Positions 25,801-38,350 of a DNA stretch of 64,000 bases are shown piece by piece. The position numbers were made by a program, and so were the translations under genes. Numbering within the stretch: the first letter of the stretch is position 1; each line of letters starts with the position of its first letter. The notes below the pieces were generated by a model. The model was given only the letters and a program-made list of their open reading frames with translations, searched no databases and was not told the origin of the DNA. Location: NCBI GenBank assembly GCA_052327205.1, contig CM126216.1, forward strand, positions 59,706,001 through 59,770,000, read 5' to 3'. This DNA comes from Somniosus microcephalus. Taxonomy: Eukaryota.

Positions 25801-27779
25801 TTTCAGCATGTTTTGACAAAAGTTTGAAATGTATCTTAATATATCATAGTTCTTTGGTGCAATTATATTCGCATTTTATAATCTGAAGTTTTGTTGTGTG
25901 ACAGGCGGGATACATGCTGGATATTAGAATAACTAATAAAAATTGCAGACAAAGTTAGACATTAATAGTAAAGGAAATCCAGGAACAGCTACAAAACTAA
26001 AATAAACAGTGAACAATTCTGAAATGATTTTACTTCTCCCAATGGACGGTTCAGTTGTATTGATTACTGTTGGCTACCATCCTGTTCAGTCAAGGCATTT
26101 TTTAAAGCAATAATCTGGTTTTGCATATCATTTTAACAGAGGGTTCTTCAGATTTGTTATTTGACGTGATCATTTGCAAATCAACCGAGATTTCAACATT
26201 TCTTGCATTTCAATCCTCAGCCAGGCTACAGTACATAAATATTGTTAAAATGAGCACAGTGCACACATTTTGAATGAGTTAAACTGCAACAACATCATTA
26301 CTGTTTGTCCAAGAAACGTGCCTAATTTAAAGCACAAATTGAACTTAATGAGACTATGAATCAAAGGCAAAATTGGAGAGGGACCATCAGCAAGATACAG
26401 TTTAACATCCTCGTCATATTTTACATGAAATGAAATGCTGAATAATTTAAAGGTGATGGGAATTAAAAGGACAGTAACCTTTTGAAGTTTTAAAGTAAAA
26501 ACAAGATTCTAAAGGCATTCATTATTAACTAGCAGGACATACACTAAAGCCCCTTTGTTTTTGATTTCTGTGAGTATATCGACTTAATCATTTGCTAAAG
26601 TCTATGGCTTATAGATCAGACCAATTGCGCAGAGATTGTGGATTAATTGGGGTTGAAAATGTGCATTTACTAAAAACTGCGGTTTAAGAACGACTTGCTC
26701 CAGCATGGCGGGGTTACACCGCTCCAACTAACAGTTTGATTCGTTATTACGATTGAAAGTGAATACTTTTACTGACAGTCACACGGCGAGAGTTGCACTT
26801 AATTAAAATGAGACACGTTTAAAATAATTCATGTCATCTGATGGGGCCCCAGTGGATGTTAAACTTTAAAATATGCAAATTACACTTCTTTTATTTTGCA
26901 GGGGGAGGGGGGAGAACTAGTTGTTCAACATTTAAGAAAGCTTCGTCCAAGTGTGACATTTGTCAGTCCTGAGCTGAACATTTCACTTCCTTGATGTACG
27001 CCAGCATTTCTAGGGTTAACTGACTTTCTGCACCGCCAGAACATAAACCGGGACGGACATAATCCAAGCTATTGTAGGTTCATTTTACTCGTTATTTCAG
27101 GTCAGACTGGTAGGTTTGCAAGTTGCTTTTGCGGTGTTTACTTTTTAAATATTTTTGTAGTTTGAAATATTTCACCTGAGGTGTACAATCGGAGCCTATA
27201 GTTCTCTTGCCCCACAGCCCCCACCTCCCAGATTCCATCCAGAGCCGGGAATGGATTCCCCCTTGGAAAATGCCCGGGGCTACAGATATCACAGTACTCC
27301 GCTTTAAGAATTGCAGGTACTGCACAACCAATTTATTTTCTTTTGACGGAAAAGTGGGCCCCACCTATGTGCATCCTGAAGCGCCCATTCAACGTCCATT
27401 CAACGAGCGCTCGCTGCTTCCCCTGACCTTTCTGACTGACAGAGATGAACCGGCACAGCGACTTAAATTAGTTCAATAAAGGAGGGAAGGGAGAAAGAAG
27501 GAAAGAGAGGAGAGGAGGGCAAAAAGAAATGGGTCGAAAAAAAAGGATAAAAGGGAAATGCTGCACCTTGCTGGACAACAGGAAGCAGGGGAGGAAAGAC
27601 AACCCGGGAACAAATGTGCAAGAAAGTAAAACAAAAGTAGAATTAAGGTTAATTTAATTAAAATAGCAGAGAGAAATGTATAAAATATCACGGAGGAAGA
27701 AAATGATCCGAGAAACACATCTACTGGAGAGAAATAGAGTTAAATTGTAACAAAATGGAAATATGATGAGATTAAAAGG

Positions 27780-28651
27780 GAATTGACAGCGAGCGGGCAG
27801 TAGAGTGGGCTGTTGGGCGGGGGTAGGGGTCGGGGCTCGCTGACAGAGGCTCACACTTCCTATCACAGCGGGCACAAGTCAGAGCAGCAGAGCGAGTGGG
27901 TCTGAAAGGACAGTGTGGTGCCGGGGCTGTTCAATCCAACCTCATGTAGTTCACTGTAATTCACCCTTGCAACATCCGAGACCTAAACACCCAACACAAA
28001 TCTTGGGCAACCCAAGTTCCCATCACATTTAAACAGTACTTGGGGAAAAATATGTGAAACACGACTGGAATACAAAGTTGCAGCCTGAGTTTTGTTCTCC
28101 CTCCTCTGGAGAAATAAATGGAAATACTCTTATTTGAGAACCGATTGTTTTTTTTAATTGGAAAGTATTCTGTTGCGTGTGGTTTTGTTCAGGGAGCAGC
28201 TCAGAGTTGGTGAATGGCGATTTTCTCCTCCTGGGCTTGCCGAACGCTCAGGAGGAGGGTGCATGTGATTTTTGTTGTTGTTGTTGTTGAAAGGTTCAGT
28301 CTTCTGCCAACGGTACAAGCCACAGATCGGTTCATTCTGCAGGCTCCGGAGACCGAGGCATCAGCAGCAGAAGCATTAGTGCACTGGGAGCAGGCAGCAG
28401 AGCCGTGGAACGTACTCTCTCCCACTGGCCCTGTGTGAGGGAAAGAGTCAAGGGGACTCCCTCTCCACTGCTGGCTTCTCCAGAGCAGGTCCGATAAAGT
28501 TTGGAAAAGTGCACTTATACCGTATTGTGGTGAATTCAAGCCAGCCCAATCGAAAGTGCAAACATTTTGGAGTTTGTAACACTTTATTTGAAAATTTGTG
28601 CCAATAGATGCAAATGAAAAAAATACAATTGTTATTTTGAAAACATACAGA
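27780..28651 (+). other. Possible alternative promoter and non-coding exon
   Basis: A purine-rich tract (27480-27780), a GC box GGGCGGGG near 27815, GC/CpG-richer leader-like sequence, a possible acceptor TTTTGTTCAG near 28192 and a possible donor GTAGGT at 28652. Confidence 0.3.
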
Positions 28652-30379
28652 GTAGGTTACTTGTCTTTAAAGATGTATCGAAGTTCACGCAGTTTTAAAT
28701 ACAATGTTAGTATATATTGCGGAAAAATAGAAAACAGGCTCAAGCTGTGAGCATTTTCTTAGATTGTCTTATGTGGCAGAAAATGCCCTGATGCCTAATG
28801 ACACGATCAAGCCTACAAGACTTATTCCTCCAATCTAATCAAAAGCAACCATCAGTTATATGTAACCCAAGTTGCTTCTATTCTATTTAATGGTTTGACT
28901 TTTTTGCTAAACAGTTGAAGTACAATTGAAGCAACCTTGACTTCATTAACATGTGGAAGTAATTAGTTGCTGACAAATCATATTTCTTATTAAACATGCA
29001 ATGCTCAAGTTTGTAACAGAAGACTAATCATAAGCAAAAACATTACGTATACAAACGGAATAATGTTTAATTATTTACCCTCCAGGGAGAAAGTGCCCAT
29101 TCCTGAAGATGATTTTATATATGTGTGTGTGTATTCTTGACATGATGCAAATATGCTTCTGTAATCCTCAGAGAGTTCAATGGTAATTAACAGACAGATC
29201 CCAAGGCTGCACCTTGTGCACACAGTCATACAGCTGCATTTTTAAAATATCTGCAGTGTTTAGGTAGCACTGAACTCTTATGCCTTATTTAACCTGTAAT
29301 CCAATAGAATATATTGAGTTCATCAAGAAGCATGACATACATTATCCAGATATTGACTGTATTGAGGGCTATAGTGGTACACCGTTGACCCAAGGGTTGC
29401 AGAGTGATTAAGAGTGTGTTATAATACCCAAAGTCAGAGGCTGAGAGTATTATTGCACACCTGAGGTCGATTCTGTGACCCACGGGCCAATGATTCAGTT
29501 TATAGACTGAAAGTTGTGGTCACTATTAACTGGACTGAATGTTTATTTTAAGCTGGGAATCCTTTTGACTGGTAAAGTAAAGGCTCCACCCTGTGTCAAT
29601 TCTGTGATTTATAGCAATGAATAGCCTCTGTTCTTTTGCCCATGGAAATCACCCACTGCTGACTGGGATTGTCTGTTGATGTTAATTAATAGGCAGTAGT
29701 GAAAAAGTTTTTTTTTTGAAAAGGAATAAGACTTCCCCCATCCTAATTAGAGCTTTAATCCAAGAGTTTAGTGGAATGAAATGTAGTGATCAGTGCTGTC
29801 ACTGGGATTTCAGTAAAGCGTAATGGTGGGTGTGGAGGATTTTCATAGTATTTCCATTTGAACCATGAAGAACTCTTGGTGGAACAATAATTATAAATTT
29901 TGCCCTTCTAAGCGGGGGTTACATTTGGAAAAACAAAGGGCGCTTTATAGCTCTAGGGTGAAGTACTGGTGGTTGCAGGTCTGTTACTGGAGGTGGTGAT
30001 GAATTAAGTGTATCACACAAAAAGCATATTGGTGCAACATTAAATTATTTTGGCTTAAGTCTGATTCTTCTTCTTGCGTATTTGTATCATATAAGCAGGT
30101 GACAGCACAGGTGATGTTATATACCAAATGCATTTCATGCCTGATAACTCTAGTCATCAAAGATGTATTTCTAGGGAAGCCTACCTTGGTATGCCATCCA
30201 AGGATTGTGATTTGTATCCCGCAAATGGCTAGACTTGATAACTCATACAGCCACAAAGTTGTCAGTGAATTATGGTCACTGTCATGAGTGAGATATAGAT
30301 TGTACCCTATGGCACATTCTCATGTGTTCTGGTTATAGCACATGTCAGTTGAGTGACTAAATATTTTTCCAATATTCTC

Positions 30380-30945
30380 CCCTCCTCTCCCACAGACCAC
30401 TCTTGCTGGAGTATAACTCCACAGGTACTGGCCACTCTCCATCATCTCACCAAATGTGTGAGTGGTGGCAGGCAGTTTGATCATGAAGAGCATCACAACT
30501 GAACCTGATCCTGTTTTCATACAGTGTCCAGATGTGCATTGTCCAGCAGGGGTCACTGGATAGGGATGAGAAGTGAGAAGCTTTCCGCCCCCTCCCTAGC
30601 CCAGGGCACAGAGTCAATTGTAGAATCCTCCTACTGCCCCAGCTAAGGTCTGATAACTCAGGACAGACCAGAGGTTAAACTTGGGATCTACCTTGTCTTA
30701 CAAAAGTAAAATACTGTGGATGCTGGAAATCTGAAATAAAAGCAGAAAATGCTGGAAATACTCAGCAGGTCAGGCAGCATCTGTGGAGAGAGAAACAGAG
30801 TTAATGTTTCAGGTCGATGACCTTTCGTCAGAATGAAAGGTCCTTGACTCTGTTTCTCTCTCCACAGATGCTACCTGACCTACCTTGTCTTGTCTGTCTC
30901 AATATGGCACTAGATAGTGCATTTACCCTGAGGCATTAGGAAGCT
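30380..30945 (-). mobile_element. Old tRNA-headed SINE-like repeat, interrupted by the Penelope-type insert
   Basis: Shares CCAGCAGGGGTCACTGGATAG, CAATTGTA, CCCAGCTAA and CAGACCA..AAAC.TGG with 54590-54960. Its reverse complement resembles 60755-61055. Confidence 0.55.
30700..30879. mobile_element. Penelope-like element terminal-repeat insert with an internal inversion and a 12-bp TSD
   Basis: Flanked by CTACCTTGTCTT at 30688-30699 and 30880-30891. The arm at 30700-30833 is the reverse complement of 38351-38490, and 30834-30879 is a short forward copy. Confidence 0.8.
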
Positions 30946-31189
30946 GAAAATTACTTCTTAATAAACTTGCAATAATGATGTCACAATCATTAATCATTCA
31001 GTGTGAACATCATCATGCAGTAATGACATGGAGAGATTGACAGCTAAAAATCTCTCAGATTGAATAAGAACACTTGTGAACATTACAGTATATGTAAGTC
31101 ATGAAAATAACAGATACACAGGAATGATTTGAAGGCAGCAGTCTTGGTTCTAAATATGATTATAAACTGCAACACCGATTACAACATTA

Positions 31190-31450
31190 TCTGAACCCCT
31201 TTGACTGCCTTGCAATTGGTCACAGGTATTAAGGCACCATGTTCCTGAACTTTGGAATTATCTTCTTAACTCTCTGAACCATCCGTCTACCTTGCTATAT
31301 CACTGCCCACTTTCAAAAGCCTCATAAAAACTTGTCTCTTCAACCATGCCTTCGGCCACCTTCCCTAACCTTTCTCTCAACTCCTGCTCACTTCCGAAAT
31401 TTCCCCCTTGTGAAACACCTTGGGATACTTCTCTCCATTAAAAGTGCTGT
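31190..31450 (+). mobile_element. Degenerate L2 3' end
   Basis: TGGAATT..CTTC.TAA, TTCAAAAGCCTC.TAAAACT..TCTCTTCAACCATGCCTT and TGTGAAACACCTTGGGA..TTAAAAGTGCT motifs. Confidence 0.55.
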
Positions 31451-32796
31451 GTTAGGGCAAATTATAGTTATGGCAGGCAACATTCCCATGGAAAATAATT
31501 GCCGCCACCTTTTTTGAGCTCAGTCTGTACAGACTGAGATTATTGGGGTCTGTCAAATTTTAATTAACCAATGGACTTGATCATCCCCACAGCATTGTAA
31601 ATTAGTAGCTTAACATACGTTGATATATTCCAAAAAATCCGCTTCTATTTCCAACAGATTGACTGGGCCTGGTAGGTAATAATCACATGGAAAATTGTTG
31701 TGACATGGCTGACAGGACTTGGTTAAGGCCTTGCCCCATCATTCACATTAGCATGTAATAAGTGCCCTGTTAATGGGCTGTTTATCATTACTTAAACGCT
31801 TGTGGTGACTCCATGACCAGTGTGATCCCTCCCATATAATGTCACATCTTGTGCATCCACAAAAATGCTTGACACCTTAACATTAGTGTGCATCGAACTA
31901 TATCATTAAAGTGCATTGTATACTGCTCTATGCTGTAAAAGAGAATGCCTGGATCAGCATTAAAAACAATACTCTGTCATTTAAAAATTCTGTTACCTGA
32001 TAGCAGTGATTTTTATGAGCAATTCCATTGTACGACACAAAATACTTCTACACACATTCAGGCTATTATGCAGTCAGGTCCACAGGTTGCATAAATATTT
32101 TGTCCCATCAACAGCTTTAGATTATTCTTTAAAAGAGAAGGAGCCTGGCTGGCTGTTGGGCCAGCGAAAATGTGCTTTCAGTGAAGTTCCTGGCTTCAGC
32201 TGTGCAAAGAGTGCAAAACAATATTGTACATAGTGAATGTTATTCATCTGCTCTTGATCTCCACTTCACCTAAAGGCTTAACACCTCTGACCAGACTCTC
32301 AGTCATTTCTATGGGAAACTATAAAGTATATTGAAATATAACTGCAAACCTAAAACTTATGCTCGGTGAGGTTAGTGTGTGAATGCTTTGCGCATTCGTA
32401 TTAAATTCCTTTGTCCTCTATTTTAATGGAGGCATTACATAAGCACTAATGTACACGAAGATCTCACTGTATAATTTCCAGGCTATTATTTTATTCACAG
32501 TGAGGTAGGGATTTGTTATGATCATCTAAAACCATCATATATAATATTTTAATATTTAGTACAATGTAATTTTTATTTACTTTAAAAAAAGATATTAATA
32601 CTTCAAACCATTTCCTTGAAGCCCTCATCAGAGTCTGGAGATGGCACTATCAGGTATTTGAACATTGTTGCACTGAACTTGTATTAATCACATCTGCAGC
32701 ACTACAATAGAAATAGTCATTTGAATGATAGAGGGTGCAGTTAGACTGTCATTTCAGTGACCGGTTCCACTCCTAAAGTTACAGTATAATTCTGGA

Positions 32797-32924
32797 ATAA
32801 CAACAGAAAATGCTGGAAAAACTCAGCAAGTCAGGCAACATCCGTGGAGAGAAATTTGAGCCGACGTTTCGGGTTTGACCCTTCTTCAAAACTGGAGAGA
32901 AAAGGAACTAGATCGAAGGCTATC
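32797..32924 (-). mobile_element. Penelope-like element terminal-repeat insert with a 13-bp TSD
   Basis: Flanked by GTATAATTCTGGA at 32784-32796 and 32925-32937. Body ACAGAAAATGCTGGAAAAACTCAGCAAGTCAGGCAACATCCGTGGAGAGA is homologous to the other two copies. Confidence 0.8.
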
Positions 32925-33440
32925 GTATAATTCTGGAGTCAGGCCATGATCTGATTCTGCATTGCAGCACTGAGACCCTTTGAGGGAGGTCACCTGGAAA
33001 CACTTGAGCTTGACATTGAATGGAGCATAACTCCAGTGCAGTGACAAGGCAGGTTTAAAAAGTGCTCAGGCAGTCTGTCAGACCTCCAGGCACTTTACAA
33101 ACTTATTGCAGAGTCTTTTTAATATGTATGTTGAGAGTGTGGATGTTCCTGTCCACAGTATGAAAACATTTAAAATTTAACCGAGCACTGTGCATGCATG
33201 TAAGCACACATAACATTATCACTTCAGTTAGAATAAAGTGACATTCAACTCATTATCTCTTTAGGCAGTAGCTGATTCTCGCTTGTTCTGCAGTCAGTTC
33301 CCGCTCAATAGCTAGCCCTTTAGCCAGCTCTCCATCACTGACTTCAACAATTTTTATAGGCCCGTTTTATTGCCCTACGTCTTTTGTGTTGATGTGAAGT
33401 CCATTGGACCACCTGAGGATGTTTTGAAAGTAATGAAGGT

Positions 33441-33905
33441 GTCTTCCTTGGCTCAGTGGTAGCACTTATGCCTCTGAGCCACAAGGTTCTGGGCTTGAGT
33501 CCCACTCCAGAGACTTGTGCACATAATCCGGGCTGACACCTCAGTGCAGTACCAAGGGAATGTTGCGCTGTTGGAAGTGCTGTCTTTCAGATGAGATGTT
33601 AAACCGAGGCTCCATATGTCCTCTTAGATGGATGTAAAAGATCCCATAGCACTATTCAATAAAGAGCAGACGAGTTCGCCCCAGTTTCCTGGCCAATATT
33701 TATCCCTCAACTAACATCACTAAAAAAAATACAGGTTATCTGGTCATTAGCACATTGCTGTTTCTGGGACCTTGCTGTGCGTAAATTGGCTGCTGCGATT
33801 CCTACAGCACAACAGTGCCTACTCTTCAAAAAAGTACTTAATTGTCTGCAAAACGCTTTAGGACGTGCTGAAGTCATGAAAGGCACTATATAAATGCAAG
33901 CTTTC
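33441..33905 (+). mobile_element. Full-length Deu-domain SINE (SacSINE1-like)
   Basis: tRNA-like head (TGGCTCAGTGGTAGCAC), Deu core and L2-like tail ending AAAGGCACTATATAAATGCAAG(C)TTTCTTT. Confidence 0.9.
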
Positions 33906-36900
33906 TTTTTCTTTTTAATTTTAACCATTTCAATGTTAGTAGAGCAGTCTTTCCCACTGGCTTTTCTCTAACATTAAAGTGTAATCAGCTTCTGGATGCA
34001 GACGAGTGGACTTCTGTGCACGCACTTACATGCAGACAGAGAGCTGTTTTTTTTTTCTGACCAGAGACCAACGTGAAACTGGCAGTGTAACTCATGGCTG
34101 TAGACCCCTCATTATTCAATGCAGATATTGGTTTCAAACTGGTACCTGCAATAAAAGAAAAATAATCTTGTATATAAAATTGAACAGAAAGTGATGTTTT
34201 CAGGTATGCAACATTGCAACAAAAAAAAAACCAATTTGTGTGCTGGGTTGACAATCTGACATGTGAACTGAATTGGAGCAGAGAATTGCGTCAACACTTG
34301 GAGAGTGTTTTCTGTTCAGATCTCAGCACGGTGTCACCTGGACAATTTGGCACTGGCAGCACCCAGGTTGTACTCTTGTCACCACCGACAATGTAAAAAA
34401 TGTAATCTGCTTGCCTCCTGTGGAGTCTGGGGACCAAATTCCCATGTGTCACCAGGGCTACCATTGGGGGCCATGTAAAACTCAGGCTTCCATCCCTATT
34501 GGACCACCAAATGAGCAGCACAGTGAGATCCCAAACAGGGAGCACTGTGCTCATTGGTCTCGGGTCTCTTGTTTGAGTACAAGTTTCATGTCAACTTTAA
34601 CCACACCATAAAAACAGTATTACTAAGCTGTCCTAGAGTGCAACCACAAGTGTAAACAGAGGGCGAAGGCTAACAGACATTGTTCTAAGTACCAATGCTG
34701 AATCTGTCAGTGATTTATTTCACAGCTACATTTTTCTGAAGCCAACACTGTTCCACAGAGGCAGACCTTGCCTCTTTGACATTAGTGGGGCTCAATTTAT
34801 CAATACACAATTCAGCTGTTAAATAAAGTTTAAATGTTTCCCTTTACTACAGTAAGGGCCCAGCTTTCGGTCTAGAATTCCACCCAGTGGAAATACTATT
34901 CACGGTTTTATTATTTTCACTCTTTCTCCTTTTACTTGTTGTGAGTTGTAATTTTGGGAATCCACTGAAGGTATTTGGCGATAGTTATTGCAGCTGAGTT
35001 TTGATAAACACACAGCCAATTTGCTAAGGCATTGTGAGTTGTATTCTTATGTTAAGAGAGCAGTGATTTGGTGCCCTGGTATTCTGTGTGCTTGCATCAG
35101 GTATGTGTTTATCTGCAGTCGACTGTGCTATGTATCAGTTTGCATAGTTTTAAAAATTTAATGTTTAGGTCTGGAATGTTAAAAACTGTGCAGACCAACA
35201 CTTCACACCTTAAAAAGGCAAAGCCTAGCTGCGGTATTTTATCCTGTCGCTGCCTATTGAAAGGAGTAGAATTCAATGTTTGGAAGTACTGGAATGCCAT
35301 TTGCTTTATTAAATTTAACATAAGAGCTAGCTCTAATGCTAAAATAATAAAAACAGACCCGTTCTCCTCATAAATCCTATCTAAAAATATAATTGTGCCT
35401 GTTGGAGTTTTGTGTCATGTGACTAAGTGATATACTGTATCTAATCTACATATCTTTGTATGTCTAGAAGCTAATAAATTCCTTCAGCAATAAGGCTTTT
35501 TTTAATAGTGTAAAATGCACTTTCCTTCTTCAAGAGCATTCCACCCAGCATAGTGTTAAATAATTCTATTAGCAGATAGTTTATATTACAATAACAGGGA
35601 TGGCTGTGCTGGGAGCCCAGTATTGATAGAGTCTTGTGTTCTAAAAGCTCAAGTGTGCTTTGTACTTTTAATCCATTCTCAGTCCTCCAACACCACCACA
35701 GGGTCTGCATATTCCCTCCGCAATCCCCCAAGTAAAGGTGCAACATCACGTCATTGAAACATTTGAATTTTATTCAATTAAATATTTGTTGCTTTTTAAA
35801 ACAACAAAATCTCCAAGCTAATTTTTTTTTAAAGAAGTGTTCAGATCTTTTAACGATTTTACTTGTGTTTTCATTTGCAGATTAAAAAAATAAAATAAAA
35901 CATTGATATATTTCTCATGTGTGTGAGCCAGACTGTATATTAACTACTATATGTACTTTTTCAAAGGAAAATAGTTTTACAAAAAAACAAGTCCAGAAGG
36001 TCAGCCCTTGTGTAAACTTTTGTGAAGAGGCAATTGTCTCTGAACATTCTAATGAGGATAATGGAAGAAATATATTGCAGCAGTTAACATCTCAGAACAT
36101 CAAATCAGGCAGAGACAGATGCAAGAGATGATATTACACAGATACAGTATTGGGGAGATTATTCATATCTCATTGGTTTAAAGCTGAGATGGATAATGTG
36201 GCTGAGAATCCTGATCTATTCAAACATGACACTTCTGAGAGAAAATTAGGCCTTTTTCATGTGCACATTTGAATGATTGAGATGGGGCTGTTACCTGGAG
36301 TTCATTTCAGTGTTACCAGGAAGAGAATCTCGAGTTTAGATGCCAGCATGTCCAGAGCTTCAAATAGTTTCTTTTAAAACTACAGTTTAAATGCTGCAAA
36401 ATAATCCAATATGCCTTCTTTTGTAACAAAAGCTAAATAAACTAAAAAAAAGTTACATATCTTCAGCTGAATGCTGGAAGCTTTTTATGTCATGATAATT
36501 TGCAATTATATTTTTTGCATCATATTTAACCTAGCACATATTTGTCTTCATAATTCCATAATGTAGATTTTTGTTTTAAGATCATCAGATAATATATATT
36601 TATATATATATATTAAGTGCCAACACATTTTATTGAGGCTTTGTAAAGCCTATTTTAAATTCAGTCTATTTAGGTTGGAACTAAAGCTAAGATAATTTTC
36701 ACCTTTAATTTAGGTTCTAATGCAAAAAAAAAGGAGCAAATAGCTTGGATCTCGCTGGGAATGAAAATTCTATTTTTGTCCTTGGTGCTAGCCACGGTTT
36801 TACAATTATTTTGTTCAGAAGGAGAGCTTTTGAAATATTTCACTTTCCATTTAAAGGTGTTCATTAATGGGTTGAGTGTTTTTTTTTCTTGTACCCCAGA

Positions 36901-37009
36901 ATTACTTATTTCTATTTTTTGTGTTTCCTTTATTTCATCCAGGGCAAGAGGTCAATGTTTGTCTTGTTTTTCTAATTTTAAATATTTTACTTTTTGTCAA
37001 CACTATATT

Positions 37010-37771
37010 AGCCTGTAATTTCCGATAAGAGGCTTCCTGCGTGCGGATGCCTCCGATCAGGAAAAAATCTACATCCTTACCTGAGGGCTCCCGAGGTCCG
37101 ACCATTTCCACTCCTGGGCTTCTCCATGACGTAATGCGCAGGGCCTACGTATCCCAGGGGCGCAGGCGGTTCGCAAGCATCCCTGGGATCACGTGGGCCA
37201 GGCGAGCCAATGAAAGAAGGGAATCCCCCTTCATACTTTTGACAGGTAGACCTGTCAAATGTATGAATGGGGATCACTGAAAAAGGACATTAAAACATTA
37301 AATACATTTAAAGAAATACCATCACGTTTTTAAAATGAGTTAAAATTACATTAATTAAATATTTTAAACAAAAATTAAATTTTTTGAAAAAAATAATTGA
37401 AGTTTTTACACAACTAAAAATAAACTTACCTTTTTTAAAAGTATTTTAAAATTATAAATGAGCGAAATTTTTTTTGTTTTTTTAACTTTTTTAAACTCTT
37501 ATGCTGGTAAAAGCAGGCCTTACACCTGCTTTTGCCAAGCGTAAGATTTTTAAGTGATTTCAGCGGGCGGAGGGTCTGCAGAAAGCGGAACTCTCCGCCC
37601 GCAGAGGCCCTTCTCCAGGGCAGGCGTGCGATCTGTCAAAAGCATTCTTGACAGATCGGAAATGCCGGTTTTCAGTGCATGTGCTTTGCCTGCCTGAAAC
37701 CGGCATTTCCGATGTCCCTACGGGTGTGTACACAGCTCGTACGCACCCGTTGGCATCGGAAAATACGGGCC
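37010..37771 (+). mobile_element. Non-autonomous TIR element (Harbinger-type MITE), copy 1
   Basis: Termini AGCCTGTAATTTCCGA and TCGGAAAATACGGGCC, flanked by ATT and AAT. A near-colinear inverted copy lies at 62093-62862. No credible ORF. Confidence 0.85.
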
Positions 37772-38350
37772 AATGTCTGCTGTCTCCACCTGACACATAG
37801 CTTGAAAAATAAGAGACGGGTAAAAAAAAAAATCAGGTGACCGAAAGAGAAGCCAAGCATCCCACCCCAGCCTGACATTCCCCCGCCCACACATACCTGC
37901 AGTACTAACTTCCTAGTGTCTGGACAGGAAGGGTTGAAAATGCCTCCGCCACAGCTGCTGGTGCATAATCTGCACTTGTGTCAGCAATCGGGTCAAGCTG
38001 CGTTGGCGCAAACAGTGTTAGTGTTGTTGTGCCAAGCCAAATATTTTGCCCACTGGGTCTTCAAGTGAAATGAGAAGTTTTAATCAAAAAGAAGAATTTC
38101 TCTTTCCTAGCCAAATTTTGTGTGGTGGTTTAGTGACTAGTAGATAATTAAGAGCATATATTCTTGGTTAACCCCTCCAAGACTAGTGCAGCTGACATCC
38201 CTGAGAACCTAATAAAACCAAAGGCTTTTTATTTAACCACAAATGAATGGAAATCAGAACAGCTTCACCCACCTCTCCATTTTCTTCTATCCTTTGTTGA
38301 TGGTGGCAACTCACATATGCGTACAAATTCAAGTACAAGCAGTCTTATGG

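Larger units (their letters stand above)
13620..28700. promoter_or_regulatory. Broad CpG-retaining, largely transposon-free domain (probable unmethylated promoter domain)
   Basis: CG dinucleotides are visibly frequent here despite an AT-rich background, and scarce in the flanking unique DNA. No young SINE or LINE copies recognised inside. Not quantified. Confidence 0.7.

Noticed and set aside
13620-28700. Known conserved miRNAs (miR-9, -124, -129, -135, -137, -138, -181, -219) in the promoter domain
   Set aside because: Only short partial matches were seen by eye (e.g. CTTTTTGCGGT near 23568), with no full mature sequence or hairpin.
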